In this document: piece after piece, positions 37,245-51,590 of the stretch
Numbering within the stretch: position 1 is the stretch's first letter
How the letters are laid out: each line of letters opens with the position of its first letter
Assembly (NCBI GenBank): GCA_907165135.1
Contig: OU015567.1
Span: forward strand, 13,020,001 to 13,084,000
DNA length: 64,000 nt
From: Oikopleura dioica
Taxonomy: Eukaryota > Animalia > Chordata
Direction of reading: 5' to 3'
Translations under genes and position numbers: made by a program
Notes under the pieces: model-generated
The model's database searches: none
Seen by the model: only the letters and a program-made list of their open reading frames with translations
What the model was told of the DNA's origin: nothing

Positions 37245-39931
37245 AACCGATTTTTCTTTCTGTTTGTAGAAACAAGCCGCTATCTTCAAAAATCGTATTT
37301 ATTGCCGCCTTTGTACAAAAAATAAAACACTCACATGATCAAATAAACTCCGATTAAAAACTAAAGTGATTTTAGAGTCGTGCAAACCCAAATTTATGCA
37401 AGGCATTATTTCAGGTGGCAAATATCGTTTTCACGAAGGGTAAACACTTCCGCCCGTCACGAGAATCGGGATCCGAGAATTTCTAATTTCTAAAGAAAAG
37501 AGCAAATTCGGGCTGTCCAAATAACCCCGTCTTTTCTATTTACATTTTTACATAAACTATGCGCAGATTCTTTCTCTTTCGATTCAAATCAAAGCCCATG
37601 TGGCTAATTCTTTCTTCTGAACTCACGTTTTTCTTCAGAAGCAAGAATGCACCTTTATTTCATTATTCTTTGATAAGGTGTATAAATTAACCCTTCAATA
37701 TTATTTGAAAACTCAGCCTTATTGTCTCAAACACCGTTTTGGTTTTCGGTAATCTTGGAAAGCGAACCTTCTAAATGCGGACAAGTGTCTTGGTGATCTG
37801 TCTCCGGCAGGTGGAAACTCTCCAATCGGGGAAAACAGTTTTCAGCCCATTGCGGAAAGGTAATTACCGTGGGATCGCAAACGTGAGGCTCAATGAACAA
37901 CTGGCTCAATCTGTTCTTATGCAGTTTACGTAAAGGCTAACCAGTGAAGCTGTATCTACTCAACATAGAGCTCTTTAAAATGCATATATAGAATGGTAAT
38001 GGTATAAGTTATGGGGTTTGCCGCTTTCTGTAGGGGGTACTCTGCACATGGCCAGGTGTGAAGCCAGGGCAAATAACAGCTCTTTTAGTCGGATAGATGA
38101 TCTTTGTTTCAATAAGCTGTTTCTGGAAGTTTGGGAATTTAAAATAGTTTTTTCTGTCCAGCAGTCGAGTTTTTACCGCGACTTACGGTACGGAACTTGT
38201 AAAGATATATTTTGAATACGCGATCGAAAACGAAATCCTTCTAAATCCAGAAAGAACAACAAAGGCCCTTTTTGTGTATCTTTTCTAATCCTCTCATTGA
38301 GGAACGGTACACCGGAAGAGTACAACAAGAAACTGCGCAAATACGCACACACAAATCCGGCACAAATCTCGTCTTTAGGCTTTCTTCTTTCTTTTCGTTG
38401 AAGTCAGCTTTGTTTTTGGTACTTGCTCTTTTTGAGAAGAGACCCTAAGCATAAGTCGTTGTTTTTTCTTCTTTGTTGGGGTCAACCTTTGATCCTCGCC
38501 GTTTTTGAAACCGTTTTTATTTTATTGAAATGACTCAAGCATCGTTTTTGATTTCCCCAGAAAGTTCTTGCGATTTGCGCAAAAGGCAAATTTGATAATC
38601 CGTTCGTCCAAATCTCATCTCGTTCCCATTGTCTGCGATTGGGAATTCCACGACAGGAAGTGCGTCCGGTCAGGATCGCGAATTCGCCGTCTCCTCCGAT
38701 TGACTTTGAAATATCGCTAGGACTTCTCGTCGCATACCGGTAATTAACAAACTGGCAGGGAAGGGGGGTTTTGTAAATTGGCTTGTGACAGGCGATTATG
38801 AAGCTTTATCTGTGATTGTTGGTCTGCTAACCTCATCGCAGGCTTGATAAGCAAACATTTACTTCACGTGGCGACCACAGTGACTGGATAAGGGCACGTT
38901 GATCAGCACTTTGCCGTAAATTTACGTCAACAACATTCCAAAACGTCTAGTACTTGTCAGACCCATTAAATAAGTCCATAAGTAGCTTATTCTTTTAAAA
39001 AAGCTTGAAAGATACTTCCGCCAAATCTAACTGTAAATGACCAAGCTTATTGTTGAAAAACTGGCACGTCTTTTGTTTCGTTTTTGGGATGAATGTTTGC
39101 TCCTAATGTATATTGTTTAGCGGCTCGAATTAAAACAATTCGGCGAAGGGACTGGGCTCTGTTTGACCAACTCGTAAACTTTTAATTTTTTTTTTTCACT
39201 TTCGACATGTAAAAGTCGTGTTCTGCGGTGAATTTTTTGGACAGAGCCAAAATTTAATCCTTAGAAAGGTTTTTAATATAAATTGTTTTGTACTTTTACA
39301 CGAAAAAGAACGCATGTTCGCATTTTTAAGCAGGAGGTTATTTGAGATTAACATTTTTCTTTGAGCTAATCGTATTTTCCCCTTCAACAGTCTAAAAAGT
39401 AAACTGACCTAGATTTCGGTAGTGTTTACTTTTCTGTCAAATTAGCCTTGTTAACAAAAATTTAAGACTTAGCCGAAGGTGCAAAACAATCTAAAAAACA
39501 CAGAGCGATTCTGATTGTCTGAGACTGATTATCTCAAATGCATTGATTTCCTTTCTTCAGACATTTTCGGAAATAACACTAATCGATCGCCACTCTTGTG
39601 ATGTGAAATCGGTGTATGTCAAGATAGATTTATTATTATTGAAAACGCATGAACTAGTAGTAATTATTCTGAATACTTATTTCTTGTCAGTAGCGCGCTA
39701 CTAATTAATTTTTATTAATTTTGAGGGCAAGGACTAAACATGACTATGTAACAAACGGTCTGGTTTATGTTGAGTATACTACATTTGAACATTTTCATTT
39801 AATTGGAAGAGCAACATTGCATTCAATTAAAATTGTGAGATATAAATGATGTCATGAAGTTTGGGATAAAATAAAGCTGCTGAATGTATCGAAGTTTTTA
39901 GCTTCTAAGAAGTTGAAGAACAACCTTTTTC

Positions 39932-40482
39932 GGAAGGGTTCCTCTCGTGGTCATTTCGAGAAATGTTCCTCTCGTGGTCATGCACCTCTCGTGGTCATAT
40001 TCCTCTCGTGGTCATGACGTAGAGACTTGCGATCACGGAGCATTTTGATGATAAGTTGGGTCTCCAAGCATTTTTTCAAGGATACTATGAGAAGGTCCAT
40101 TTGATTGAGTTCAATTTTCAATAATTTCAAATAGGAATAAGTTTATTTATTTGCACAAACCAGAAGAAATTCTCTTTAGAATAAGAGGCAAACGTATGAG
40201 GCAAACTATATTAAATGTAATTATCTTTCTCAGGTTTTTCGATTTAAAAAAATTGTTTTCATCAATTCATCTCGATTTTTATTCATCTAAAAACTTAATT
40301 TATGACCTCTTATTATAAATATATAAAGCGTGTAAGCACTATCTTTGAGGAAATTCGGGGGAAATTGGGAGACCCTAACTTTCATAAGCCGGTGAGTAAT
40401 GACCACGAGAGGAATATGACCACGAGAGGAACATGACCACGAGAGGAACATTTCTCGAAATGACCACGAGAGGAACCCTTCC
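39932..40482. mobile_element. 551-bp Mutator/Foldback-like MITE with modular TIRs
   Basis: About 84-bp TIRs beginning GGAAGGGTTCC, each holding four copies of CCTCTCGTGGTCAT; 9-bp TSD ACCTTTTTC at 39923-39931 and 40483-40491. Confidence 0.93.
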
Positions 40483-43400
40483 ACCTTTTTCATCAACAAT
40501 AACCGTTTAGAAATAGTATGATGAAGACAGTTCGTATTCACGTGTTCGGAGCTTGATAATAAGATTAAAGCAGATTCACCTTTGTGACCCAGCACGGAGC
40601 GGGCCAGCCAGGTAATATTGTCATACGCGGTGATGCGCAAAAACAAGCGGCTAACCTCGAAGGTCAGAGGGGATGAAATTCGTGTGAATTATTTAATTGG
40701 AGCAGTGAAACGGGATTAACTACGAGCTATTTTGAAATATTGGAAAGGATGCAAGTTGCAACATCCTGAATGTAAATCGATCAACGGAAGGGAGCAACGT
40801 CTTTTTACGATTGATTTGGCGAGCCGGCACGATAGTGACAGGAAACTGACACGCAGTCGACGGGAAGCGTTTTTTCCTGAAGTTTGTCGAAATTCTCGAT
40901 CGTCAGCGAAATTAACGAGCAATTTCACTACACAAATCGCCGCTTTCTCCCGAAAATCAAAGAAGATAATAATTTTGTTATCCGAATTTTCGACTTCTCG
41001 GCAATTATTTCATTTTCCGCTGATAAATTGTCAAGTCCGTCACTATTTGCCACATTATCACGGCTTCATCCGTAAATATTTGTTGTTAGCGCTACTGCTC
41101 TGGCGCCCGACCGGTTGACCACGACGCTTCACTGCTCATTTCCGCTCACTTTCAATTCCATTTCCGAGGGCGTTTAAAGCTCAAACAAGCCTCGGTTCAT
41201 TTTTTATGGAACGGGCTTGCCGTGAAATGAGATTATGCAAGTTTTTGGACATTTGTGGGGACATCAACTTCCAGATTTTTCGTTAGACCAGCCCTAAAGA
41301 CCGGTTAGAGACTAATTACTATTGAAATTAAGGCCTTTCAATTTTTTAAATCTATTACGGTAATACAGTCCGTTGAAGCCCCCTAAAGTCCACTAAATGA
41401 GTCAGAATACGATAAGGGAATGAATTCATTTCAGAATGTTATCTTGAACGCATCTTCAAGAGCCAGGCCGAAAAATAGAATAGCTGGAAGTTCCATACTC
41501 CCCGCGAGCTTGAAAGAAAACGTGATCTCCCTCGGAATGCTGGAATAGAAATTCCACTGCAATTGGCACTGGTAAACTCGTGGTTGACTCTGGCATGTGT
41601 TTTTTTCAGGGCGAGTGTGTTTAGAATCGAGTGGAGACGTATTTTGTGGCTTCCGAGTTTGAGGGTTGATATAAAAAAGGGCCTCCTCTCAAGGGGCGGG
41701 GGCGATAATATTATTCTTGTGGTTTTTAAAAGAGCTTTCGGATCTGATTCTTACAATTCTTGACTCATCTCTTCTTAGCCTTGAAAATTGAAAATTCAAG
41801 GAGGGAAATTTCGATTTTGATGAACTTGACGAGCCGTTAGAAAAAATCAAAAAGAACTGCATAAGATGCGGATCGCGCCAGTACCGAGATTGAAGATCTC
41901 CATTTTCGAAAATAAACAGTCTCCGCTCGAGTTTGTTTTCAACGTGCTGAAGATTACTCGTTTTAGGCGGATTTGAAGTTCGTAAATGTTGGGATCTGGA
42001 ACGCACGAGCACTGAAACAGCTTTCGCGAGTTTTGGTTCATTTTTCCGTTCAAAGAGCAGCTATTTCTTACAGAAGTAACTGTATAAGACGCTTTCGCAA
42101 ATTAAATTAGAATATTTGAATCAACACGAGCAATTAATTAAAAAACTCCAAGAAGCAAAAACTTCCGCATCGGAAGTTTCCCTCCACGAATTTAATCAAG
42201 TGCAATTTCCTCCCTTCTTTCTACAAGAAAATCCGGTACATCCCCCGTGCTGAGAAATCTGGGAAGAACATCGACATGGCATTTTGAACTAAAATTTCGC
42301 CGCGAACTTTAGCTAGAAAATTTTGCTTTGTTCCGCTTCGTCGCCCCGATTTAACAGAATTATTACTGTTTCTAGGCACGTGTGCGGCTCTCTTTTTTAT
42401 TCAAGAGTTCATACAGTCGTTGCGAAAATTTGACGTCAAATGCATAATCATGATGGAAAGCGCGAAAAAGCAGCATTGAGAGGCTTACAAATGGTCCCTT
42501 GCCAGATCACTGCTTGCTGGTCTAAAACAATGTCAGATTCTAGAGCTTTATGGAGCAGCGATGCTACGGGAGGCGTTTTTACTGTAGCCGGTCGATCAAT
42601 CAAGCCTGCCTAGATACAATGATAGCTATTGTATTTGACGTAGCCACTTTCAATATCACCGAGACTATCATCCGAATAACCACACAAAAGAAGCTCTGAA
42701 ACACTTTGTTACTGTATATAACTGGAACGGCTCTCATCGTATTTGACAGCGCGTCACTTGGCCAGGCTTTTGTGAAGCTTCCAGTCGGATTTTCCACCGC
42801 CAAGACGCCAAACAGCAAATACTTTACCCTTGTACTCAAACGCGTCTTTTTAGAAAAGGAAGTTACAGTAACGCTTCGATCTAAAAACTCCAGTACTTGA
42901 GAACACTGGCTATTCTGATCCAAAAATGCAGGGACAGAGTCACTTAGCTCGAGTGCTCCTACTCTCCAAAGCCCGATAAAAGCTGCCCCTGTCGCTTATG
43001 CTGGTTATCGAAAAAAAGTACGCGCCACACGCTTATCGCAAAATCCGTTACTTGCGCCACAAGTGCCCCTTATTCTCGTTTTATAATCCGTTTAGCTGAT
43101 AAACAGGAGCTGGTCTGAACTCTATGCCGTTGCGTTATTCTTATCGGAACAGTACAGCGGGAGATATTGCCCTCTAAAAATTACCGTAATGAAAGAAATT
43201 CAGCTTCTAAAGGAAAAACCTTCCCTTAGAAAGGATTTCGGGCCCTTCCTTATGAAATTCCGGCTAGCGGGAAGAAAACACGCCTTGGAGCCCCATAATG
43301 AAGGGCTGATAAAACCAAATTGTCAAATACTGATTCCATCATTCGCCATTTTTTCAGAAAACAACGTCCTTCCGGCATAACTTGGATTCCAATTCAGAGC

Positions 43401-44749
43401 TCACCCGGTGCTTATTTACCCAGACCTACCGCTTATGAACGAGAAACAATGAGAAAAAGGCTGTATCAATAACTTGAGAGGAAGGAAATCTGCTTCATGG
43501 TAACTTAGCTTCTAAAAAGTTTGATTTCCTGATTATAAATAGCCCGGTTTACTACTCATCATCGAAAAATTTCCTCTGGTGATCTTTCATGTGACAAAGC
43601 GAGAAAGCATGGATAGAGATTCCATGGAACCACATGAAAAAGGCGTTAGAAGGCTTCTTCGTGGTTGTCGTGGTGTCGAAAGTGCTCTTTTGTAGGGGCC
43701 CGTTCTATGCTCGAGGAACATGTGTAAAAATACCGTGAGCGCACGGGTTGAAACGCCAAAATATTTGAACAGATTTGAGCCCACTCGATGGAGCTTACCC
43801 AACGAAGATCCTAACAGTTTGTCAGCCAGTGTTACTGTTGTTTCAACTGTTGTCCTCTGTGATCTGCTGATAACAGCCCTGAAAAAAGCGCGTAAGCTTC
43901 TTCTAAAATTGCTCTGAATTTGATTCAAGTGGAACTTACGCAAAGCGCCGCTTGGTCAGATCACATAAACCATCATATTTGACGAAAATTGATTGCGTTC
44001 TCGAGGGCATAATTCTACCCCGAAATATATATGTCCATTCTATAATGGCCAGCTCGCGATTCCGGCTGTCGACTTGCTCAGATTCTTTCGTTACTTGCCA
44101 GGAATTTCGTTCCGTCGCGCATTGTTTCAGTATATTTGCGCAGCTAAAGCTCAGAAAGGAATTCCTGAGTTTGAACAGTCTTTCGCACTGTAACCGTCTT
44201 TATTGTCTCAAATTGGCAATGTAAAAGACGTTGATAGGGAGGTATAAAGCTTTGTGTCGTTCAAAATGATTACGAGTTAAATTCGATGAACAGGTGGTGG
44301 TTCGAACATTCTATCATTTGGTTCTTTTGAAAATGGGACGTTCTTGGTTCGATTTTTATCGGGAGTTCCATAATCAGCATATAAATAGGGGAGATTTCAG
44401 CTTTATCCGAAAGTTTTGATGACTTGTTTTTTCAAAATTATCAAATGAGTCCCTTGTAATTCCAATAGCTTCTACTGGCATATTGCTTGCAATTAATTTA
44501 GGAAATCAAATACTTAAAATTGAATAAATAAAAAAAATTAAATAAACTTGTTCTTCTGAAATTCAGAAGTTCTGAATAATAAAAATGTTGACAGAAACGT
44601 AGATTTTGCAACAAGAGTAATTATTGCTTTGAAAGAAAAATACGCGGTTGGTAATTTTCCAGCGGAAGTTTTGCACACAAGTAAATTTGAAAAGAAAACG
44701 AGCTGATTATAGTCCGCTTTTGACGATAAAGGGCAGTGCTTGGGATCAA

Positions 44750-44924
44750 TAGGCTTATTAGATGAAAATTCGGCCCATCTTTATAAGTTAGTGTAGGGGT
44801 CATATGACACAGTTTTGGAAAGCTCAGAAGCTGAGCTTTCATTTGGGCACCATATCAAGGGGTCTGGTTTATGACCCCTAAACTAAGCTAGAAAAATGGG
44901 CCAAGTTTTCATCTAATAAGCCTA
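44750..44924. mobile_element. 175-bp hAT-type MITE
   Basis: About 55-bp TIRs starting TAGGCTTATTAGATGAAAA (first 19 identical); 8-bp TSD GGGATCAA at 44742-44749 and 44925-44932. Confidence 0.9.
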
Positions 44925-45208
44925 GGGATCAAACGAAGTCGGTAAATGGGAACGACCTTACACAACGATTACGCCCGTTTTCATACACAGCTGGTTTGGC
45001 TAAAATCTACTGTTTTAGCGTTTGTTTAAAAATTTTGAAGGGACACGCGAGAAAGGGGATTTTTCGGAAATCTTGTTCAAATATTTTTCTCCCTTTCTTG
45101 GGGCGACAAGTGACATTACACGTCTGCTAGTGTTTGCGCCGATGTCTGCAAATGTCAGTAAGTTCAAGCCACGTAACATGCGTCCAGCAATTTTTGAGTC
45201 ATGCTTAA

Positions 45209-45949
45209 GGGACCCCGCCGACCGAGCTCCGCGCGCTTCTCGCTCTTTTACTCTCACTCTTCAGTTGGTTTAATTCTTTCGATTATCGTGATTTTTGTAC
45301 ACAAACTAATCTTTTATGCTCTTTCATCTCCATTTCTTAAAATTTTCATAGCATTTTGCTACGCTGAGTTAGGGCGAAAACATTGGCGCTCGATTTCAAG
45401 TGTACATAAGTACTCGAATTATTCGGATTGACACTTCGAGACTACCCTCATTGAAAAGCCCGTGCCTTCTTGCATAAGGCCTACTTATTGAGATTAAATT
45501 ATAATTTATGCAGCTCTCGTAATCGAGCGGTAAATAAAGGTTCTTCTGACCAGCGCAGCGGAATCCCGCGCCAACAGTGTAAAATGCCCGTATTTCACGC
45601 CGAGCGCTCCAGGTGACCCGCATTAATCCCACGATAATCGGATGAGTAAACTCTTCCGGGAAATCTCAATAAGTAAGCCTTATGCAAGAAGGCACGGGCT
45701 TTTCAATGAGGGTAGTCTCGAAGTGTCAATCCGAATAATTCGAGTACTTATGTACACTTGAAATCGAGCGCCAATGTTTTCGCCCTAACTCAGCGTAGCA
45801 ATAAGCTATGAAAATTTTAAGAAATGGAGATGAAAGAGCATAAAAGATTAGTTATTGTACAAAAATCACGATAATTGAAAAATTAAACCAGGTGAATAGT
45901 GAGAGTGAAAAAGAGCGAGAAGCGCGCGGAGCTCGGTCGGCGGGGTCCC
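45209..45949. mobile_element. 741-bp foldback MITE with very long TIRs and TTAA TSD
   Basis: Arms 45209-45495 and 45662-45949 are near-identical reverse complements (GGGACCCCGCCGACC...); TTAA at 45205-45208 and 45950-45953. Confidence 0.93.
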
Positions 45950-46059
45950 TTAATTAATCAACACAATTTATTAACATTACTTTTAAAGGCCACCATAAGT
46001 TTTCTTTTACGAAAAAGCTATTATTAGAACGACTGCGAAAAATGTCAAGATATTCAAAA

Positions 46060-49000
46060 AGGGATGAAGTATCGAATGATCCCTGTAATTAGCGAGGCCT
46101 TTTCCTCAAGTGGCCAATTTGATTCAGCCCCAGGCGCAATCTCCCAAATCGCCTGGAGGGTGTGATTGAACTAGATTTTCCGCCTTGACCACCCGTGGAC
46201 GAGGCACTTCCTTTGAACTTTTACTGCTCCGAATTTCATTTTTTGAAAAGTACTTTTTGAAGCAGATGCGATTTTACGCGAAAGAGAGTTGATGAAGCTT
46301 TGAAAAACTGCTCTGAGAAGGATGAAAGCAAATTTTGCGAAAGTGCTGCTTTTGCTTTTGGGTGAGATTTATATTCGAGCGTGTATAATTGTAGAAACAA
46401 GAAGGATGTAAGAACGAAATTACGGTACTTCTATTGCCACAATAGTGAATGTATAAATATGATAATTAACTCACGTTCTTGTCGAAACGCTCTATTTACT
46501 AAACTGTACTTCCAAGGAGGAATGCTCGTGAGCTAATTTGATCTTTAGGGCCAATTTTAGCAGAAGACGCCAGTTTCGCATCCGGTGATTACGAACTTTT
46601 TCCGGATCTGGAGTTTTCCGGCGATGATTATGAAATTCTAACGTACGAGACGAACCACGGCATTCTTCAGGAAACTACACAACTTGGGAAAGAAAGCCTG
46701 GAAAGTTTTACTCCCGTTGAGTTTTCCCATAAGTCGACGCAAGGTTTAATGAGCAATAAAAGCGAAAGTAAAGAACATTTTTAATAGAACGCGACTGCGG
46801 GGGCTTGGGAATCGTGTTCAATGACGAGGGCGACAAATTCTGGGTGAACGAGGGCATCGAGCAGCTGCGAACTTTGCTCAAGGCATGCTCGTTCTTTTAG
46901 AGGTCGATTTTAATTCTGAATTCAAGGCGATCGAACGCTATAAATCGCTTCACCTGACGATCGTGCGCGTTTCTTGGAACAAGCCAGACGGGAAAAGGTG
47001 CGAGAAAAGAATGAGACTTTATAGAATCAGCGAAATAATCGATCGATTCAAAATTAAAATTTGGCGATTTGAATTGATATTGCTCGACCTTTTTAATGAC
47101 TAAGAATCTTCGATGGGCTCATAAGAACTGCTCCTCAGCTTTTTGATCATGTGATTGGCAAGATTGACTTGAATATTGCAATAGGTAGGGATTCAACATC
47201 TTTTCCTTGGTAATTGATCTCAAGGCTCTCCGTTCGGATACAGCAGCGAGCTCTTCGACTCTTTGAAAGAGAGCAACAACTTGTACGATAGTCCAATTAT
47301 CATCTCAAAGACGCACTCGCCGTTTCGAAAGAAGACCGAAGTGGCAATCGAGAAGTACACTCGCGAGCTGGTTCCACTCAAGTGCAAGAATTTTCACGAA
47401 TGCGACGTTGGCCTTGAGCAGCTGCATATTATCATCTCGGGTAAAGTTATCATCATTTTTACGTGACATTTTCTGCTTTACTCTTTCCTCTTATTAATCT
47501 AGGACCACCAGGGGATTACCTCGAAAATACCGCGCATTCTTCAATCTGGCGAGAATCAATTCGCACCGTGCAAAAACTCCTCCATGATCTCAGCTCTTTA
47601 CGGACCATCGTCAGCGTTTGGATCCCTTCATCTAAAAGCGTTTCAGGATTTGCTAGAGAGTTCAGAAAGCAAGGCGAAGATGTGATTTTGTTCGGAAAAC
47701 TTTGCGAAAAAGCTCCCAGCTAATTTGGAACCTGGACTTTTTGCCAGCGGTTCCGAGGCTAACCAAGGTCAGGGGATCAAAAAACAAAAATTGTCAATTT
47801 TTTAGGAGGTAGAGACGCTTGTTGGCTTCATCGAGCGAGATATGAAAGATTCAACGGGAGTTATTGGAATTATCTCTTTTGAAACATCGCCTTCTCTAAA
47901 TCTTCCCGGAAGTATTCCTGTCTTTGTCTCAATAACTTCCAATGACGTTGTTCAAATTCCCTCTGTCAACGTCGATAAAGAGTTTTTCAACGACAGAGAC
48001 GGTTTCATTGCTGCCATTTCTGACTTAGGTTAGTTTTGCTGAAAAAATATTTTATGAAAAGTTTAAGTTCGAAAGGACCCTGGCACCTTATTTCAAGAAG
48101 AGAAGACTACCACGCCGACAGTGATTGAAGACAGGAAAATAATTCAATGGAGCTTGTGGACGCAAAATTTCAGCAGAGGAGACAAGACAAATTGTTTTAC
48201 CCACCAAAACGACCTTTTCTTCCGACAAAATATCAGAAACGCGAGGGATGGAACTGAAACACCTCTTGAAACAGCTTTGCATCCGATAAAAATGGGAGAG
48301 TTCGGTCTTGAAAACATCCATATTTACTTCAAAATGAAGCCTTATTTTTATTTGTGAGTTTTCCGACCTCAAATAAGAATGCAAAAGTGTTGAAAGCAGA
48401 AGTAGATGGAGAATACGAGATAAAAATGGTGATTCAAAATGAAAAACACGCATCGAAGCAAAGAGCCGAGTTGAAAAACTGTTTTTCCGTGAGGCCTGAT
48501 CCAGAGATACTGGCACTCAAAAAAGAGCGCAATCGATGTTGCGATACAGAAATAACTTGCCAAGGTACTTGAGCTTCGATTCTCGTATTTAATTTTTAAG
48601 CCGTCAATCATGATCCAGATAGTCGTATAATTTACGAATTCGACATGAAGATTTCCCGAGCGACGGTGACCAAACCTTGCCCAAACTGCTCAGAGCCATC
48701 GATGATTTTAACTCAGTGGCACGGGACCCCAAACCGTCGTCGCTTCCGTGACAGCAATCAGTGCGTTGGAGACTTGTCTTTCGAAGACTACAGCACTATT
48801 TGCTGTGAAAATACAGAATGGTACTCGTGCAAAAATGGACTTGTGATGGAAAAGATTCAATCAGCGAGAAAGGATCTTTGGTCTTTTATTGGAATCGAGC
48901 AGGAGCAAGGAGGCAAACCACCTCTTATTTTTGGAGTAAAAAAGGGAAGTTTTATATTTCGGCTCGATCGGACTCGAATTTCTTCAAAAATAAAGGACTG

Positions 49001-50223
49001 GATTTAAAATTTTCTTTTTTATATAAAAGAGCATTTTTATCTGAGAAAAGGGGGCTGTGCTCTGAAGCCTGAAGACATAGACGAGTACAAAGTATGCGAC
49101 GAAAATGGAGAGCAAGTGTATGTTCTCTGGCGGCAAAATGTTACTGAAAGTGAGGAACTGATAGACAAGTGGGTGCGCTGGCGATATGAGATCAAGGTTA
49201 GCGATTTTGTTGTCCTCAAATGACTATTTTTAGTGGTCAAAATATCACAAGACAAAAAGGACTTACCACCCAACACCGGCCTTTTTAAAAATTTCAATGA
49301 ATGACAAAATTATCATCGATTCTGCTTCTCTGAGTCCAGATCTGTTTATGGGCAGAAACGACGAAGTCTTACCGTATTTCAAAGTCGGAATTTATAACTC
49401 AGACGGATCTGCTGAAGGAGGAGAAAATGCAGAAGTGACCATTCGAAAGTACAGAGAAAGCTTATTGAAGATGGAAGCCGAAGAAATTATAGAAGAAAAA
49501 GTGGAAGTCCAAATTCAAGAAGAAACCAACGAGGTGTACATTGTTGATTTAGAAGCTGGATCAGGAGAGCGAGACGAAATGTTAGCGGAAAAGTAAGATT
49601 TCCTAAAAATGCTCATATCTCGACTTTTTAGTGTGACAACGACGAAAACGGTTACATCTACTACAGAAGCTCCTATTCCGGTTGATCTTGTTGCCGCACC
49701 AAGCAAATCAAGAAAGAGAGACAAAGAAAAATGTAGAAATGGCAAGAAAAAACTGGGTCCCGACGGAGAATGCGTCAAACTCTCAAAAGAAGAGCGCAGA
49801 AGACTTCGAAAAGAAGGCAAAATTCGAAAGCCAAGAGAGGCAGAGGAAATTGCGAAGCCAAAACTGCCACGTTCGAAGGCGACAAATATGCTCCGCTTCA
49901 AAGATTTAACGCATGTGAATTCTACTTTCGAGTTCTTACCCACTGAATACGGGAGAGAGAACGAAAGATGTGTGTTGCAGCCTTTTGGAACTTCGATATC
50001 GCATAATTTGAACAGGGAGCTCTCAGCGGGCTTTCGAGATATGGGCTACGGTAAATAATGAGCGACACTTGAATAGTCATATTAATGATCATTTTCAGAA
50101 AGAAAAGAAACTAAGGCGATAGTTAATGCGCTCGTGAATGCCTTGACTGCCAATGATAGAAGAATTCAGCGCCTCGAAGACTTGCTTGTCCGGCTTCAAA
50201 GTGACGATGCGGACGACTTTTGA
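46060..50223 (+). CDS. Multi-exon orphan gene(s) of unknown function
   Basis: Series of exon-like ORFs separated by short GT-AG introns (47263, 47842, 48121, 48645, 49297, 49609), ending in coiled coil ...RRIQRLEDLLVRLQSDDADDF*; may be more than one gene; no family recognised. Confidence 0.45.
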
Positions 50224-50611
50224 TAGAACTTCAATTATTTATTTCTGTTTATCGGTGTAGCAGTAAAATATTTTCATACGATCATAAAAAGCATTCGATC
50301 CACTCTTTATTTGAACTACCAATTTTATATTGATGCGCAAGTTTAGTTTTGAAGCATTGTTACTTATTTACATTTGTGAAATCATGGACGTCAGGGTTGC
50401 TGATTTTCGGCAGTTCAGTCAACTATCGGTTGGTAAGTTTAACGGTAAGAATAGCCAGTTGCAGCGCCGCGAGTCTTAGTCTTCGCTTGAGCATATGTCG
50501 GCAGAATTTCAGACGCTGATGATTCTCTCTTTTTCATAAAAAGAACAACAATCGTTATCACAATCCCAATAGCCAAAACGATTCCACCAGCGGCTAAAGT
50601 TTATTGTCAAA

Positions 50612-51590
50612 AAGATGCCTTAGGCGGAAGCTTTGTAACAAGCTCCTTTACTTCTGTACGAGTTAGAAAGAATCTTTACCTGATCCGGCAATTTTAGGGT
50701 CAACCTTTGGCCGTGGACAGTTGACTCCTTCTTCTTCGCATCCGTTGATAGCTCCTTTACAAGTAGCTTTCGAGCCGTTTATGACACAACTTCCAGGTTT
50801 GACTACTTCTGGACAGGCTACTGGATTTATGTCGTTTATGTCATCGTCATAATAATCGACCGATTTGAGATCATTCAGGTTCGTATTTACTTGCGTCTTT
50901 TTCTTCAGAACTGGTTCTCTCCATTTCAATATCGGGCTATTTTCAGATGTACTGAACACAGTGATGCAGAGGTTTGTGCTCTCAATGGATTCGCCACACC
51001 AGTTCAGCGTTAACGGAACGTTCGATGTTGAGTTAACAGCAACAAAATTGTCTCTGAATTTAAATTTGTTTCGTGAGCGTGCTGACAAAGAAGCGATTCT
51101 CTACCTGCTTCCCCAGCCGTTTTTCCCGAAGCAATTTTGAGCAACAGAATATTCAATCAAAAATTCGTCTGCGTTAGAAACACTTTCAAAGTGAAAGGCC
51201 ATTTCGTAATCGTTATCGATAATTTCAAGTTTTTCGAATGGAAATTGAATTTTGGTTTTTCCAACGAGGCCCTGTTCAAATTCGGGGTACATTTCTACTC
51301 CGACGCAGGGGTCACGCAGCTCGAGAACAGAACTAATGAAACAGTTGTCTTCGACTTTGGGAAATTCTTGGTTTTCAGTGATGTATTGTTGCATGGCGAG
51401 CATCAGAGCCAAATCGACGTGGATGTCATCGAAGCTGGCAATGTCGTCAAGTGCATTCCATTCAATGTTGAACTCGTTTTTTATTCTTTCATGAAAAACC
51501 GCAAGTTCTTTCCTCTGCGTTCTTTTAAGCAAACTGTCGTTGATGATGTCAAGTGGACCAAGATGTTCTTTTTTTGTGGTAAGTTTCCCT
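50612..51590 (-). CDS. Orphan Cys-containing protein, probably extracellular (5' end unresolved)
   Basis: ORFs 51101-51532 and 50663-51088 joined by short introns; last exon EVKELVTKLPPKASF*. Confidence 0.5.

Noticed and set aside
39932-40482. Repeated 14-bp units as a CRISPR-like array
   Set aside because: Eukaryotic context, no unique spacers, and the units are mirrored within TIRs flanked by a 9-bp TSD
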